From a virus (lineage: Duplodnaviria > Caudoviricetes), in IMG/VR virus record IMGVR_UViG_3300017589_000085, positions 1 to 43,801 of that record: a stretch of DNA of 43,801 nucleotides; one strand, written 5' to 3'. Shown here in pieces: positions 37,248 to 43,801 of the stretch. Numbering within the stretch: position 1 is the first letter of the stretch; each line of letters begins with the position of its first letter. The notes below the pieces were generated by a model. That model worked only from the letters and a program-made list of their open reading frames with translations. It did not search any database and was not told where the DNA came from. Made by a program: the position numbers and the translations under genes.

Positions 37248-37715
37248 ATGGAGAAAATATTTGCACAATTAGGAAATGCGTTGCAAACAGCTTATGGCTG
37301 GTTCATTGCCTTAATGGTATCAGCGATCACATTCATTCAGCCGGAAGTCTGGAGTTTTATTGTAGTTGGTTGTGCTATATTGGCCGATCTTATTTGGGGC
37401 ATTGCAGCAGCAGCGAAGCTTAAAAAATTTATACTTTCTAAAGCCCTTCGAGAAACATTTAAGAAGATTGGAATATATGCCTTTGCGTTAGTCGGAGCGT
37501 TTGCAATAGAGAAAATCACACATGATCAGGGAAGTTTCATTGCAGTTAAAACAATTGCCTTGTTAGCATCCGTATGTGAATTCTGGTCAATGTCTGCTTC
37601 CATGTTAATAGTCAAGCCGGATATGCCGTTTCTCAAGATATTCAGAGTTCAGTTGAAAGGAGAGATTCAATCTAAGATAAATAAGAATATAAATGTCGAT
37701 GACTTTTTGAAATGA
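37248..37715 (+). CDS. Holin
   Basis: Several transmembrane segments; ADLIWGI...SKALRETFKK...CEFWS pattern; directly upstream of the endolysin. Confidence 0.85.
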   Translation: MEKIFAQLGNALQTAYGWFIALMVSAITFIQPEVWSFIVVGCAILADLIWGIAAAAKLKKFILSKALRETFKKIGIYAFALVGAFAIEKITHDQGSFIAVKTIALLASVCEFWSMSASMLIVKPDMPFLKIFRVQLKGEIQSKINKNINVDDFLK

Positions 37716-38296
37716 ACAAATATCGTTTTTATAAAGAGGTTAGGGAAGAGTTCTTCAACGGTAAATTAAGCACTCGCCAAGTTGAAGGAATGGAAGCTAT
37801 TCTTTCAAAATGGGAATCAAGCGGATTTACTGATCTAAGATGGTTGGCATACATGTTAGGCACAGTTTATCACGAAACGGCACGTACGATGTCACCAATT
37901 GAAGAATACGGCAAAGGCAGGGGCCGGAGATATAGAAGAAAAATCAAACAGTCCGGCCAACATTATTCAGATCCTGATCATTTGTATTATGGCAGAGGAT
38001 TTGTGCAACTTACATGGTATGAAAATTATGATAGGATGGGTCGGATACTGGGCATTCCATTATTAGAACAACCGGAATTAGCTCTTATTCCTGAACATGC
38101 AGCAGATATTATGTTTGAGGGCATGACTAAGAACATATCATTTAAAGGGGATTTCACCGGAAAGTGTTTGGAAATGTATTTCAATGCAGATGAAGAGGAT
38201 TGGACCAATGCACGCAGGATCATTAATGGTCTCGATAAAGCAGAATTAATTGCAGGGAATTCAAGAAGATTTTACAAAATACTCGCAGCATCATGA
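37712..38296 (+). CDS. Endolysin, glycoside hydrolase family 19-like
   Basis: LAYMLGTVYHET, YYGRGFVQLTWYENY and ARRIING motifs. Confidence 0.9.
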   Translation: MNKYRFYKEVREEFFNGKLSTRQVEGMEAILSKWESSGFTDLRWLAYMLGTVYHETARTMSPIEEYGKGRGRRYRRKIKQSGQHYSDPDHLYYGRGFVQLTWYENYDRMGRILGIPLLEQPELALIPEHAADIMFEGMTKNISFKGDFTGKCLEMYFNADEEDWTNARRIINGLDKAELIAGNSRRFYKILAAS

Positions 38297-38688
38297 AAAA
38301 ACCAAAAGTTATATATGAATTTGATCCGGTAATATATCCTTATAAATTATGGGTTATAGTGAGCAAAAAACCTGTAGTCGTAGCTGATAATTTCCTTGAA
38401 TATAGTGGTAATCCAATTCTGAATATAGAAAAGGATACAGAGAGATTAGGCGCATTTACAATGTCGGTAATGGATAAAAAGAAGACATCTTTCGGTGTTG
38501 TAATCTATTTCAGATCAAAAAATGATATATCATACAGTCTGACAGCACATGAATCAAGTCATGCAGCAAAATTCCTTTTTAAACATATAGAGGCAGCTGT
38601 TGAACCTCATGAACCATTTGAATATGTAGTAGGGTGGATTGCCGGATGTATTGAAAAAGTAAAAAATAACAGATATGGCAAAGATTAA
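38293..38688 (+). CDS. Hypothetical HExxH protein
   Basis: TAHESSHA...HEPFEYVVGW. Confidence 0.75.
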   Translation: MKKPKVIYEFDPVIYPYKLWVIVSKKPVVVADNFLEYSGNPILNIEKDTERLGAFTMSVMDKKKTSFGVVIYFRSKNDISYSLTAHESSHAAKFLFKHIEAAVEPHEPFEYVVGWIAGCIEKVKNNRYGKD

Positions 38689-38980
38689 AAGGTTTACAAC
38701 ATTGGATGGTGGTTATCATGGTGAACTTGGGTTTATGTGTCCGGGTTGCGAGGAACAACATTTTATAACAGACAATTTAACAGAAGAAAAAGCCATTTGT
38801 AACGGTCCATGGACTTTTAATAATGATTTTGAAACACCCACTATTTCACCGTCTGTGCTCGTTCAGTGGGCTGAACACCGATGCCACTCTTTTATAAAAG
38901 ACGGAATAATACAGTTCTTATCTGATTGCACGCATGATCTGAAAGGTCAGACAGTAGAATTACCGGATATCGAAATATAG
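38675..38980 (+). CDS. DUF6527-like Cys/His metal-binding protein
   Basis: FMCPGC...H, WTFN...PTISPSVL and CHSFIKDGIIQFLSDCTH motifs. Confidence 0.8.
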   Translation: MAKIKRFTTLDGGYHGELGFMCPGCEEQHFITDNLTEEKAICNGPWTFNNDFETPTISPSVLVQWAEHRCHSFIKDGIIQFLSDCTHDLKGQTVELPDIEI

Positions 38981-39010
38981 AGATATAATTAATTATTAAT
39001 TAAAGAAGTC

Positions 39011-39202
39011 ATGAGACTAATTATACATCTAGGTTCCTGGATCAAATTCAGTAGACTTTATAATAAAAACGAGTTTTTAAGAGTTTGTTTAACAGAAGAT
39101 GGACATGGTGGATATTTTATTGAAACAAATAGAAATAATATGAGAGAATTAGTTAGAATATTGACAGATAACTGTATCAAATATCATTTTGACGATGAAT
39201 AA
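39011..39202 (+). CDS. Hypothetical protein
   Basis: 63-aa ORF overlapping the start of the next gene. Confidence 0.55.
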   Translation: MRLIIHLGSWIKFSRLYNKNEFLRVCLTEDGHGGYFIETNRNNMRELVRILTDNCIKYHFDDE

Positions 39203-39692
39203 ATATATCATATTATTATTGATCTTATTCTTTGTAGGTTGTGGTTCCAAAAAAACCGTATCACAATCACAGACAAAGGAAAAAACCGAATACGAATTAA
39301 AAGACAACTCAATTATTACTTCGAAAATCGAGCAAGAAAAGCAGTATATCAATACCGATATAAGTGAAAGAATTGTGACGATTTATGGTGTACGATTTGA
39401 TACTATAGAAGTAGAAGGAAAGCCGTACATTATTCCAATTTATTATCCTGAGCGAAAAGAAGAAGATCGCAATATAAATATAGATAATTTCATTTGGCGA
39501 ATAAACACTCAGGATAGTATCAAAAAAGCAGTTACGCTAGAGTTTAAAGGCACGCTCGAGAGTAAGGATAAACAAATAATAGAACTAAAAGAATCCACAA
39601 TAATTTATCAAATAGCAATCCTGATCATTTCATTATTGGGGATATTTATTTTTATTTTATATATTAGATCAAAGATTAAAATTAGAATATAA
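39195..39692 (+). CDS. Unimolecular spanin candidate
   Basis: N-terminal lipobox (ILFFVG-C) plus a C-terminal transmembrane helix and basic tail, at the end of the lysis module. Confidence 0.75.
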   Translation: MNKYIILLLILFFVGCGSKKTVSQSQTKEKTEYELKDNSIITSKIEQEKQYINTDISERIVTIYGVRFDTIEVEGKPYIIPIYYPERKEEDRNINIDNFIWRINTQDSIKKAVTLEFKGTLESKDKQIIELKESTIIYQIAILIISLLGIFIFILYIRSKIKIRI

Positions 39693-39744
39693 AGTTTTAG
39701 CTCTCTCTTTTAATTTGCTCATTTTGTTTTTGTTGTTATGGTTT

Positions 39745-39773
39745 ACCCCTCGCTCGTGTAGTGAGGGGTTTTT
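39745..39773 (+). terminator. Terminator ending the late region
   Basis: ACCCCTCGC-TCGTGTA-GTGAGGGGT followed by TTTT. Confidence 0.75.
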
Positions 39774-39777
39774 CATT

Positions 39778-39808
39778 AAAAAAAAGGATGAAACTAGTCA
39801 CCCTTTTA
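39778..39808 (-). terminator. Terminator of the leftward small-gene operon
   Basis: Minus strand reads AAAAGGGTGA-CTAGTT-TCATCC-TTTTTTTT. Confidence 0.65.
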
Positions 39809-39813
39809 AGCAT

Positions 39814-40107
39814 TTAATTGTTACGTATACCTCCAGGTTTTGTTCTTCTTCCCAGAGCCGTCATTGCCTTTTCAAAGCATACGGTTAGATCTGTTTTGTC
39901 GTCTTTGTCTTCAAAGAAGAAATTAACGCCAACCGCTTTCGCGATATTCAAGAAAACATCAAGTCGGGGTGAGTATTTCAATGAGAAGATCCTGCTAATG
40001 TTTGACTGTGTATAGCCGGTTGCGCTAGCAATTTCCAGTTGCGTGATTCCTTTTTCATCTACAATCTCCTTAAGGAGCTGCACGAAAATCATATAATCCT
40101 CATTCAT
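39814..40107 (-). CDS. XRE-family HTH regulator (Aca-like position)
   Basis: KGITQLEIASATGYTQSNISRIF...PRLDVFLNIAKAVGV. Confidence 0.9.
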   Translation of the reverse strand: MNEDYMIFVQLLKEIVDEKGITQLEIASATGYTQSNISRIFSLKYSPRLDVFLNIAKAVGVNFFFEDKDDKTDLTVCFEKAMTALGRRTKPGGIRNN

Positions 40108-40130
40108 GATTAATTATTTTTACTTTATTG

Positions 40131-40514
40131 TTACTTTATTGTTACAATAATTTTTTCTTCAATAATACTATACTCTCCATCATCATCAGCCTTAATTTCT
40201 TCATGAATTGTGGATATATCTATTTTTGCAAATGGTGTTTCGTAAATCGTATAACCATTTTTGCCATATTTAATTTTACGAAAATAACCATCTTGTTTCA
40301 TTTTTTCGTCAATATCAAATAAAGGCTTATCATTTAAAATTTTATGTAAGTTTTTAGGCTTAAATTCTCTTGGATAAGCTAAACACATTAATTCCATTTC
40401 TTTCTTATGATAAGTACATAATTCTCTTTCATACAATTCAAGTCCTCTATCATTTGTTGTACTTATAATTTTACCACAAACTCTTGTCGCGTAAAATTCA
40501 ATTGTCGCTTTCAT
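40131..40514 (-). CDS. Hypothetical protein
   Basis: 127-aa ORF in a tightly packed, AT-rich operon. Confidence 0.75.
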   Translation of the reverse strand: MKATIEFYATRVCGKIISTTNDRGLELYERELCTYHKKEMELMCLAYPREFKPKNLHKILNDKPLFDIDEKMKQDGYFRKIKYGKNGYTIYETPFAKIDISTIHEEIKADDDGEYSIIEEKIIVTIK

Positions 40515-40520
40515 AATTGA

Positions 40521-41063
40521 TTATTTATAGATATATTTTCCAACTTTCACTTTTTGACCTAAGCAATTAGTCTGTTTTATTTCAGATATAAATATTTCAT
40601 TTCCTTCTATAAGCCAATTACTGCCTTTTGCTAACTTTCCGTTATGAGCTGTAATATCTGCACCTGCTCCAAGATTATATATTTCACTGATCGTTAAATC
40701 GGACTCTTCATATTTTTTCATTTCTGATTTTCTAACCTGTCTGCAAGGCACAATTAAACGTGTATCCGGAATGAATTGTCTTGTTTTTAACCCTAAATGA
40801 CAAAGAATTTCATCACTGGTAGCTGTATAGCCGTTAAGCTGATCTCCAAATCTAACCGCATTGTTTTCATGCCAGGAAAAGCGAGTTGTTATACCTTTTC
40901 CATTTTCAGAGTTGAAATATTTAACATAAACTGTTTCAGAAGTATTCGATTTGTCGATACTATAAGATACATGAGGATAGTTTTCAAGGTCAATTACGTG
41001 ATGATCTACATGATAAGTACCATCTCCGATCATATTGTCGTTCCTGTCTTTTATTGCTTCCAT
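40521..41063 (-). CDS. Hypothetical protein
   Basis: 180-aa ORF; SETVYVKY...TRFSWHEN segment. Confidence 0.75.
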   Translation of the reverse strand: MEAIKDRNDNMIGDGTYHVDHHVIDLENYPHVSYSIDKSNTSETVYVKYFNSENGKGITTRFSWHENNAVRFGDQLNGYTATSDEILCHLGLKTRQFIPDTRLIVPCRQVRKSEMKKYEESDLTISEIYNLGAGADITAHNGKLAKGSNWLIEGNEIFISEIKQTNCLGQKVKVGKYIYK

Positions 41064-41073
41064 GATGTTATAT

Positions 41074-41406
41074 TTAAAATCTTTTAAAATTAAGTTTACT
41101 TAAGTCGTCTATCTGAATGTTATAAAAATACATTTTATAGGTTTTGTAATCCCATGTACGCGCTTCTTTATGTTCGTTACAGATTACATAATCTTTTATA
41201 GCATTATACATCTCTTTATTGAAAGATTGATCGTTATCGTTTGGATCATTATCTCCGCAATAAACTAAATAAATACCATTTTCGATTGTTTCTTGGATAT
41301 ATCCAAAAGGAACTCTTGTTTCTTTGCCATCGATGTTTTGAATATCCAAACCGTAGATTCTCTTTGCGTTGTTGTTTAGCGTGTAGATCATTGTTGTTGT
41401 TTCCAT
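41074..41406 (-). CDS. Hypothetical protein
   Basis: 110-aa first gene after a consensus promoter. Confidence 0.75.
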   Translation of the reverse strand: METTTMIYTLNNNAKRIYGLDIQNIDGKETRVPFGYIQETIENGIYLVYCGDNDPNDNDQSFNKEMYNAIKDYVICNEHKEARTWDYKTYKMYFYNIQIDDLSKLNFKRF

Positions 41407-41456
41407 TTCTCTTGTGCCGTATTACTGTTGCCGCCAGATTTGTTATTTGTAATACT

Positions 41457-41488
41457 CAAAGATATATCATTTTTGATATATCTCCAAA
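41457..41488 (-). promoter_or_regulatory. Consensus sigma-A promoter with a perfect palindromic operator in the spacer
   Basis: Minus strand: TTTG (41488-41485), 20-nt spacer, TATCTTTG (41464-41457). GATATATCA-TTTT-TGATATATC at 41461-41482. Confidence 0.8.
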
Positions 41489-41607
41489 TAAAAAGGTGTG
41501 ATATTTGTCACATTTTGCAATTATTTTATATGTTATACAACATGTTTTTGAAAATAAATGAAAAAAACCGGATTTTATCCGACTTTTAAAAGATCAATCT
41601 TTAAAAA

Positions 41608-41796
41608 TTATTTAAGATGGTCACGAAAATATTTCATATCTTCAGCCACCTTAAAATTGCCTTCTGGGTCGCTTCTCAAGAATATAATGCAACCTTTATC
41701 GCCATTTCTCCTTACCACTGAAATATCGTCTGAGTTTAATAAGACAGTGCTTTTTATTTCTCCTAGTTTGTTGAGTTCTGTTACTTCTAAAAACAT
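41608..41796 (-). CDS. Small FlbD-like hypothetical protein with its own promoter and terminator
   Basis: FLEVTEL...VLLNSDDISVV...CIIFL...FKVAED pattern. TATATTTG at 41829-41822. CGGA-TAAAA-TCCG-GTTTTTTT hairpin at about 41561-41581. Confidence 0.6.
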   Translation of the reverse strand: MFLEVTELNKLGEIKSTVLLNSDDISVVRRNGDKGCIIFLRSDPEGNFKVAEDMKYFRDHLK

Positions 41797-41834
41797 AATA
41801 ATAATTTAAATAGTTAATCCACAAATATAGACAT

Positions 41835-43016
41835 TTAATTTGCTTTAAAATTGTAAATAGGTGTTATTATATCCACAATTTCAACGGTATCGGAAATAGC
41901 CCCTATTATCTCATCCATAGATTTATACGCTTGTGGCGCCTCGTCTAGCGTTGAAGCGCTAACCGATGTAGAGTATATCTCTTTCATCGATTCCGAATAC
42001 TCATCCATTGATATCATTTCCTTTGCCTTTGATCTTGACATTAACCTGCCGGCCCCATGTGGTGCAGAGTAGTTCCAATCCTCATTTCCCTTGCCACGAC
42101 AAATAAGCGAACCATCCCTCATATTGATGGGAATAAGCAATACTTCGCCAATCCGCGCGCTTACTGCTCCCTTTCGGAGGATCATATGCTTTGTATCAAT
42201 GTAGTTATGGATCGTTTCAAACTGATCCGCTATCGTCAACCCCATTTCTTTGTGAATTACACCGGCCATAACCCTGCGATTAAGAGAGGCGAAGTTTTGA
42301 ACTATCTTCATGTCATTGATGTAGTTGTCAAAATTAGCACCATCCACAAAGGAGAGATCCTTGTTTGCTTTCGGTTTTTGCAGCTTTTTAATTTCAGCAG
42401 ATATTTCATTCTCCCTTCCCTGTTCCTTTAAAGAGAAAATAAGGTTCTCCCTGATAGCACTCATTTCATTCACATTCTTCCATGCCAAATCCTGATAGAA
42501 CTTACAAACCTTAACCCCAAGGTTTCTACTACCTGAATGAATGACAAAATATAGACATCCCTCAGAATCACGATCAACCTCTATGAAATGATTTCCCCCT
42601 CCGAGTGTTCCTATTGACAACATCGCTCTTTCCAGATCAGCGTGTTTTGCACACCGCAACCCTGTAAAATCAAACTTTGCTGCCGCCTTGCCTCGAACAG
42701 AGAACCCGGAAGGAACGTGCTCCCTTATAACCTGATCTAGCTTAGGAAGATCAATATCTTTTTCCTTCAGCTTTGTAGTAAGCATGCCGCACCCAATATC
42801 AACACCAACAAGGTTTGGCGTCACCTTATCTGTTATTGTCATTGTTGTACCAACAGTGCAGCCTTTTCCTGCATGAGCATCAGGCATTATTCGTATTTGT
42901 GAACTCAAATACGGCTCAAAATTTGCAAGTTCTTTTACCTGATCGTACGCCTCGTATTCGAATGTTTCCGCGAAGATCTTCACTACGTTACCGTTTCGGT
43001 TTTTTATTGTTTTCAT
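41835..43016 (-). CDS. rtcB: RtcB-family RNA ligase
   Basis: MPDAHAGKG, GVDIGCG, GTLGGGNHF, HSGSR, HNY, RKGA, SAPHGAGR and DEAPQAYK motifs are all present. Confidence 0.96.
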   Translation of the reverse strand: MKTIKNRNGNVVKIFAETFEYEAYDQVKELANFEPYLSSQIRIMPDAHAGKGCTVGTTMTITDKVTPNLVGVDIGCGMLTTKLKEKDIDLPKLDQVIREHVPSGFSVRGKAAAKFDFTGLRCAKHADLERAMLSIGTLGGGNHFIEVDRDSEGCLYFVIHSGSRNLGVKVCKFYQDLAWKNVNEMSAIRENLIFSLKEQGRENEISAEIKKLQKPKANKDLSFVDGANFDNYINDMKIVQNFASLNRRVMAGVIHKEMGLTIADQFETIHNYIDTKHMILRKGAVSARIGEVLLIPINMRDGSLICRGKGNEDWNYSAPHGAGRLMSRSKAKEMISMDEYSESMKEIYSTSVSASTLDEAPQAYKSMDEIIGAISDTVEIVDIITPIYNFKAN

Positions 43017-43033
43017 TTTGTAAAAATAATTGT

Positions 43034-43513
43034 TTATTTCAAATAATTCTTCATTTCCTGGATCGCATCTTTCACACTTCGAACAATCACATACTTGTTT
43101 CCGCAGTTTTCCGCTTGTTTCTGGAACTCTTTCTGCTCTTCTGACTGTTTGCCCGTCTTTGTCTTAAATTCCATGCAAAGGCTCGCAAAACCGCCTTTTG
43201 GAATGAGTAAGATAGTGTCAGATATCCCCGCTTTCACTCCTTGCCGTTTTAAATTGATTGCTTCGAGCTTATTTCGGCTTCCACCATTAGGAACGGCAAA
43301 TAATAACTTATCCGGTATTCGAGGGAAAAACAGTTTCACCTGGTTGAAAAACTCGCTTTGGATATCCGCTTCTTCATGATTGATTGCACGTTTTTTTTTT
43401 ACTCCGCTCTTTGCATCTTTCTTTTCGATAAAACAGTTGTAGCAAAGAAAACCGGTATCTGTTTTTAGTACAGATACGGTTTGTTTTTTACATTCTATAC
43501 AGGTTTCAGCCAT
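43034..43513 (-). CDS. VRR-NUC domain nuclease with an N-terminal Zn finger
   Basis: CIEC...CYNC; EADIQ, FAVPNGG, GVKAGISD, MEFKTKTGKQSEEQKEF. Confidence 0.9.
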   Translation of the reverse strand: MAETCIECKKQTVSVLKTDTGFLCYNCFIEKKDAKSGVKKKRAINHEEADIQSEFFNQVKLFFPRIPDKLLFAVPNGGSRNKLEAINLKRQGVKAGISDTILLIPKGGFASLCMEFKTKTGKQSEEQKEFQKQAENCGNKYVIVRSVKDAIQEMKNYLK

Positions 43514-43801
43514 TACTTTATCTGTTCAATTACATCATACCCAAGCGCAACAGCTAAATTGCGTTCTATTGTTGCACCTTTAGATTCTTTCCAATTCTTC
43601 ATAAGATAAATTGTATTACATTCCATTAGTAGTTTGATATCTGCTTTCATGTGATTCTGCCATTTGTCATTAATCGATAATCCGTTATTTAAAGGATTAA
43701 CAACTTTAAACCCTTCTTCTTCCAGTCTGTTTTGAGCATTACTAAAATTGTCTTTAACTTCTTCAAATGGTAATCCTGTGATCTTTCCTGATATGTATAT
43801 C
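43513..43801 (-). CDS. DUF4406 (nucleoside deoxyribosyltransferase-like fold) protein; start lies beyond the window edge
   Basis: Hand translation: IYISGKITGLP...VVNP...HMKADIKLLMECNTIYLMKNWKESKGATIERNLA; TAATG overlap with the VRR-NUC gene. Confidence 0.88.
   Translation of the reverse strand, partial: IYISGKITGLPFEEVKDNFSNAQNRLEEEGFKVVNPLNNGLSINDKWQNHMKADIKLLMECNTIYLMKNWKESKGATIERNLAVALGYDVIEQIK

Larger units (their letters stand above)
489..43801. mobile_element. Temperate siphovirus-like prophage integrated at tRNA-Asp, continuing past the right edge
   Basis: Integrase beside a tRNA, followed by replication, terminase, tape measure, portal, capsid, tail tube and lysis genes. No sheath gene seen. 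No copy of the tRNA 3' end (attR) seen in the window. Confidence 0.95.

Noticed and set aside
43391-43400. T10 tract in the VRR-NUC gene as a phase-variation switch
   Set aside because: It encodes a Lys run in an intact frame, and a single sequence gives no evidence of length variation.
489-43801. CRISPR or mini-CRISPR array
   Set aside because: No regularly spaced 25-45 bp repeats with unique spacers were noticed in any intergenic region.

Overview
The window starts in host DNA: the 3' end of an S9-family peptidase gene and a tRNA-Asp. Almost all of the rest is the left ~43 kb of an apparently intact siphovirus-like prophage of a Bacteroidota (Bacteroidales-like) host, integrated at tRNA-Asp; attR lies beyond the right edge. 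The host assignment rests on TAnnTTTG/TTTG promoters and Bacteroidales-type protein families. Gene order is: tyrosine integrase; early/replication genes (HNH, a phage copy of the DnaN sliding clamp, PcfK/PcfJ, a replication initiator with internal iterons, a small sigma-like protein); an accessory cassette; PLD-type nuclease and terminases; tape measure and tail-tip/fibre genes, which unusually precede portal, capsid and tail tube; lysis (holin, GH19 endolysin, u-spanin); then leftward genes (a small-gene operon ending in an HTH gene, RtcB, VRR-NUC, DUF4406). The most interesting signal is a possible T4-like, clamp-coupled late transcription system. It combines a phage DnaN with an altered peptide pocket, clamp-binding-like C-terminal tails on PcfK (QLSLF) and on the sigma-like protein (GKTLF), and a one-box motif TATATTTTAA 9-15 nt upstream of six late-module start codons. 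Other leads are an acr-aca-like operon with an operator palindrome, a tail carbohydrate-binding domain split by a 3.9-kb fibre cassette, several promoter-plus-terminator mini-transcripts, and a capsid decoration protein with an inserted domain. All family calls come from motif recognition by eye; no searches were run.
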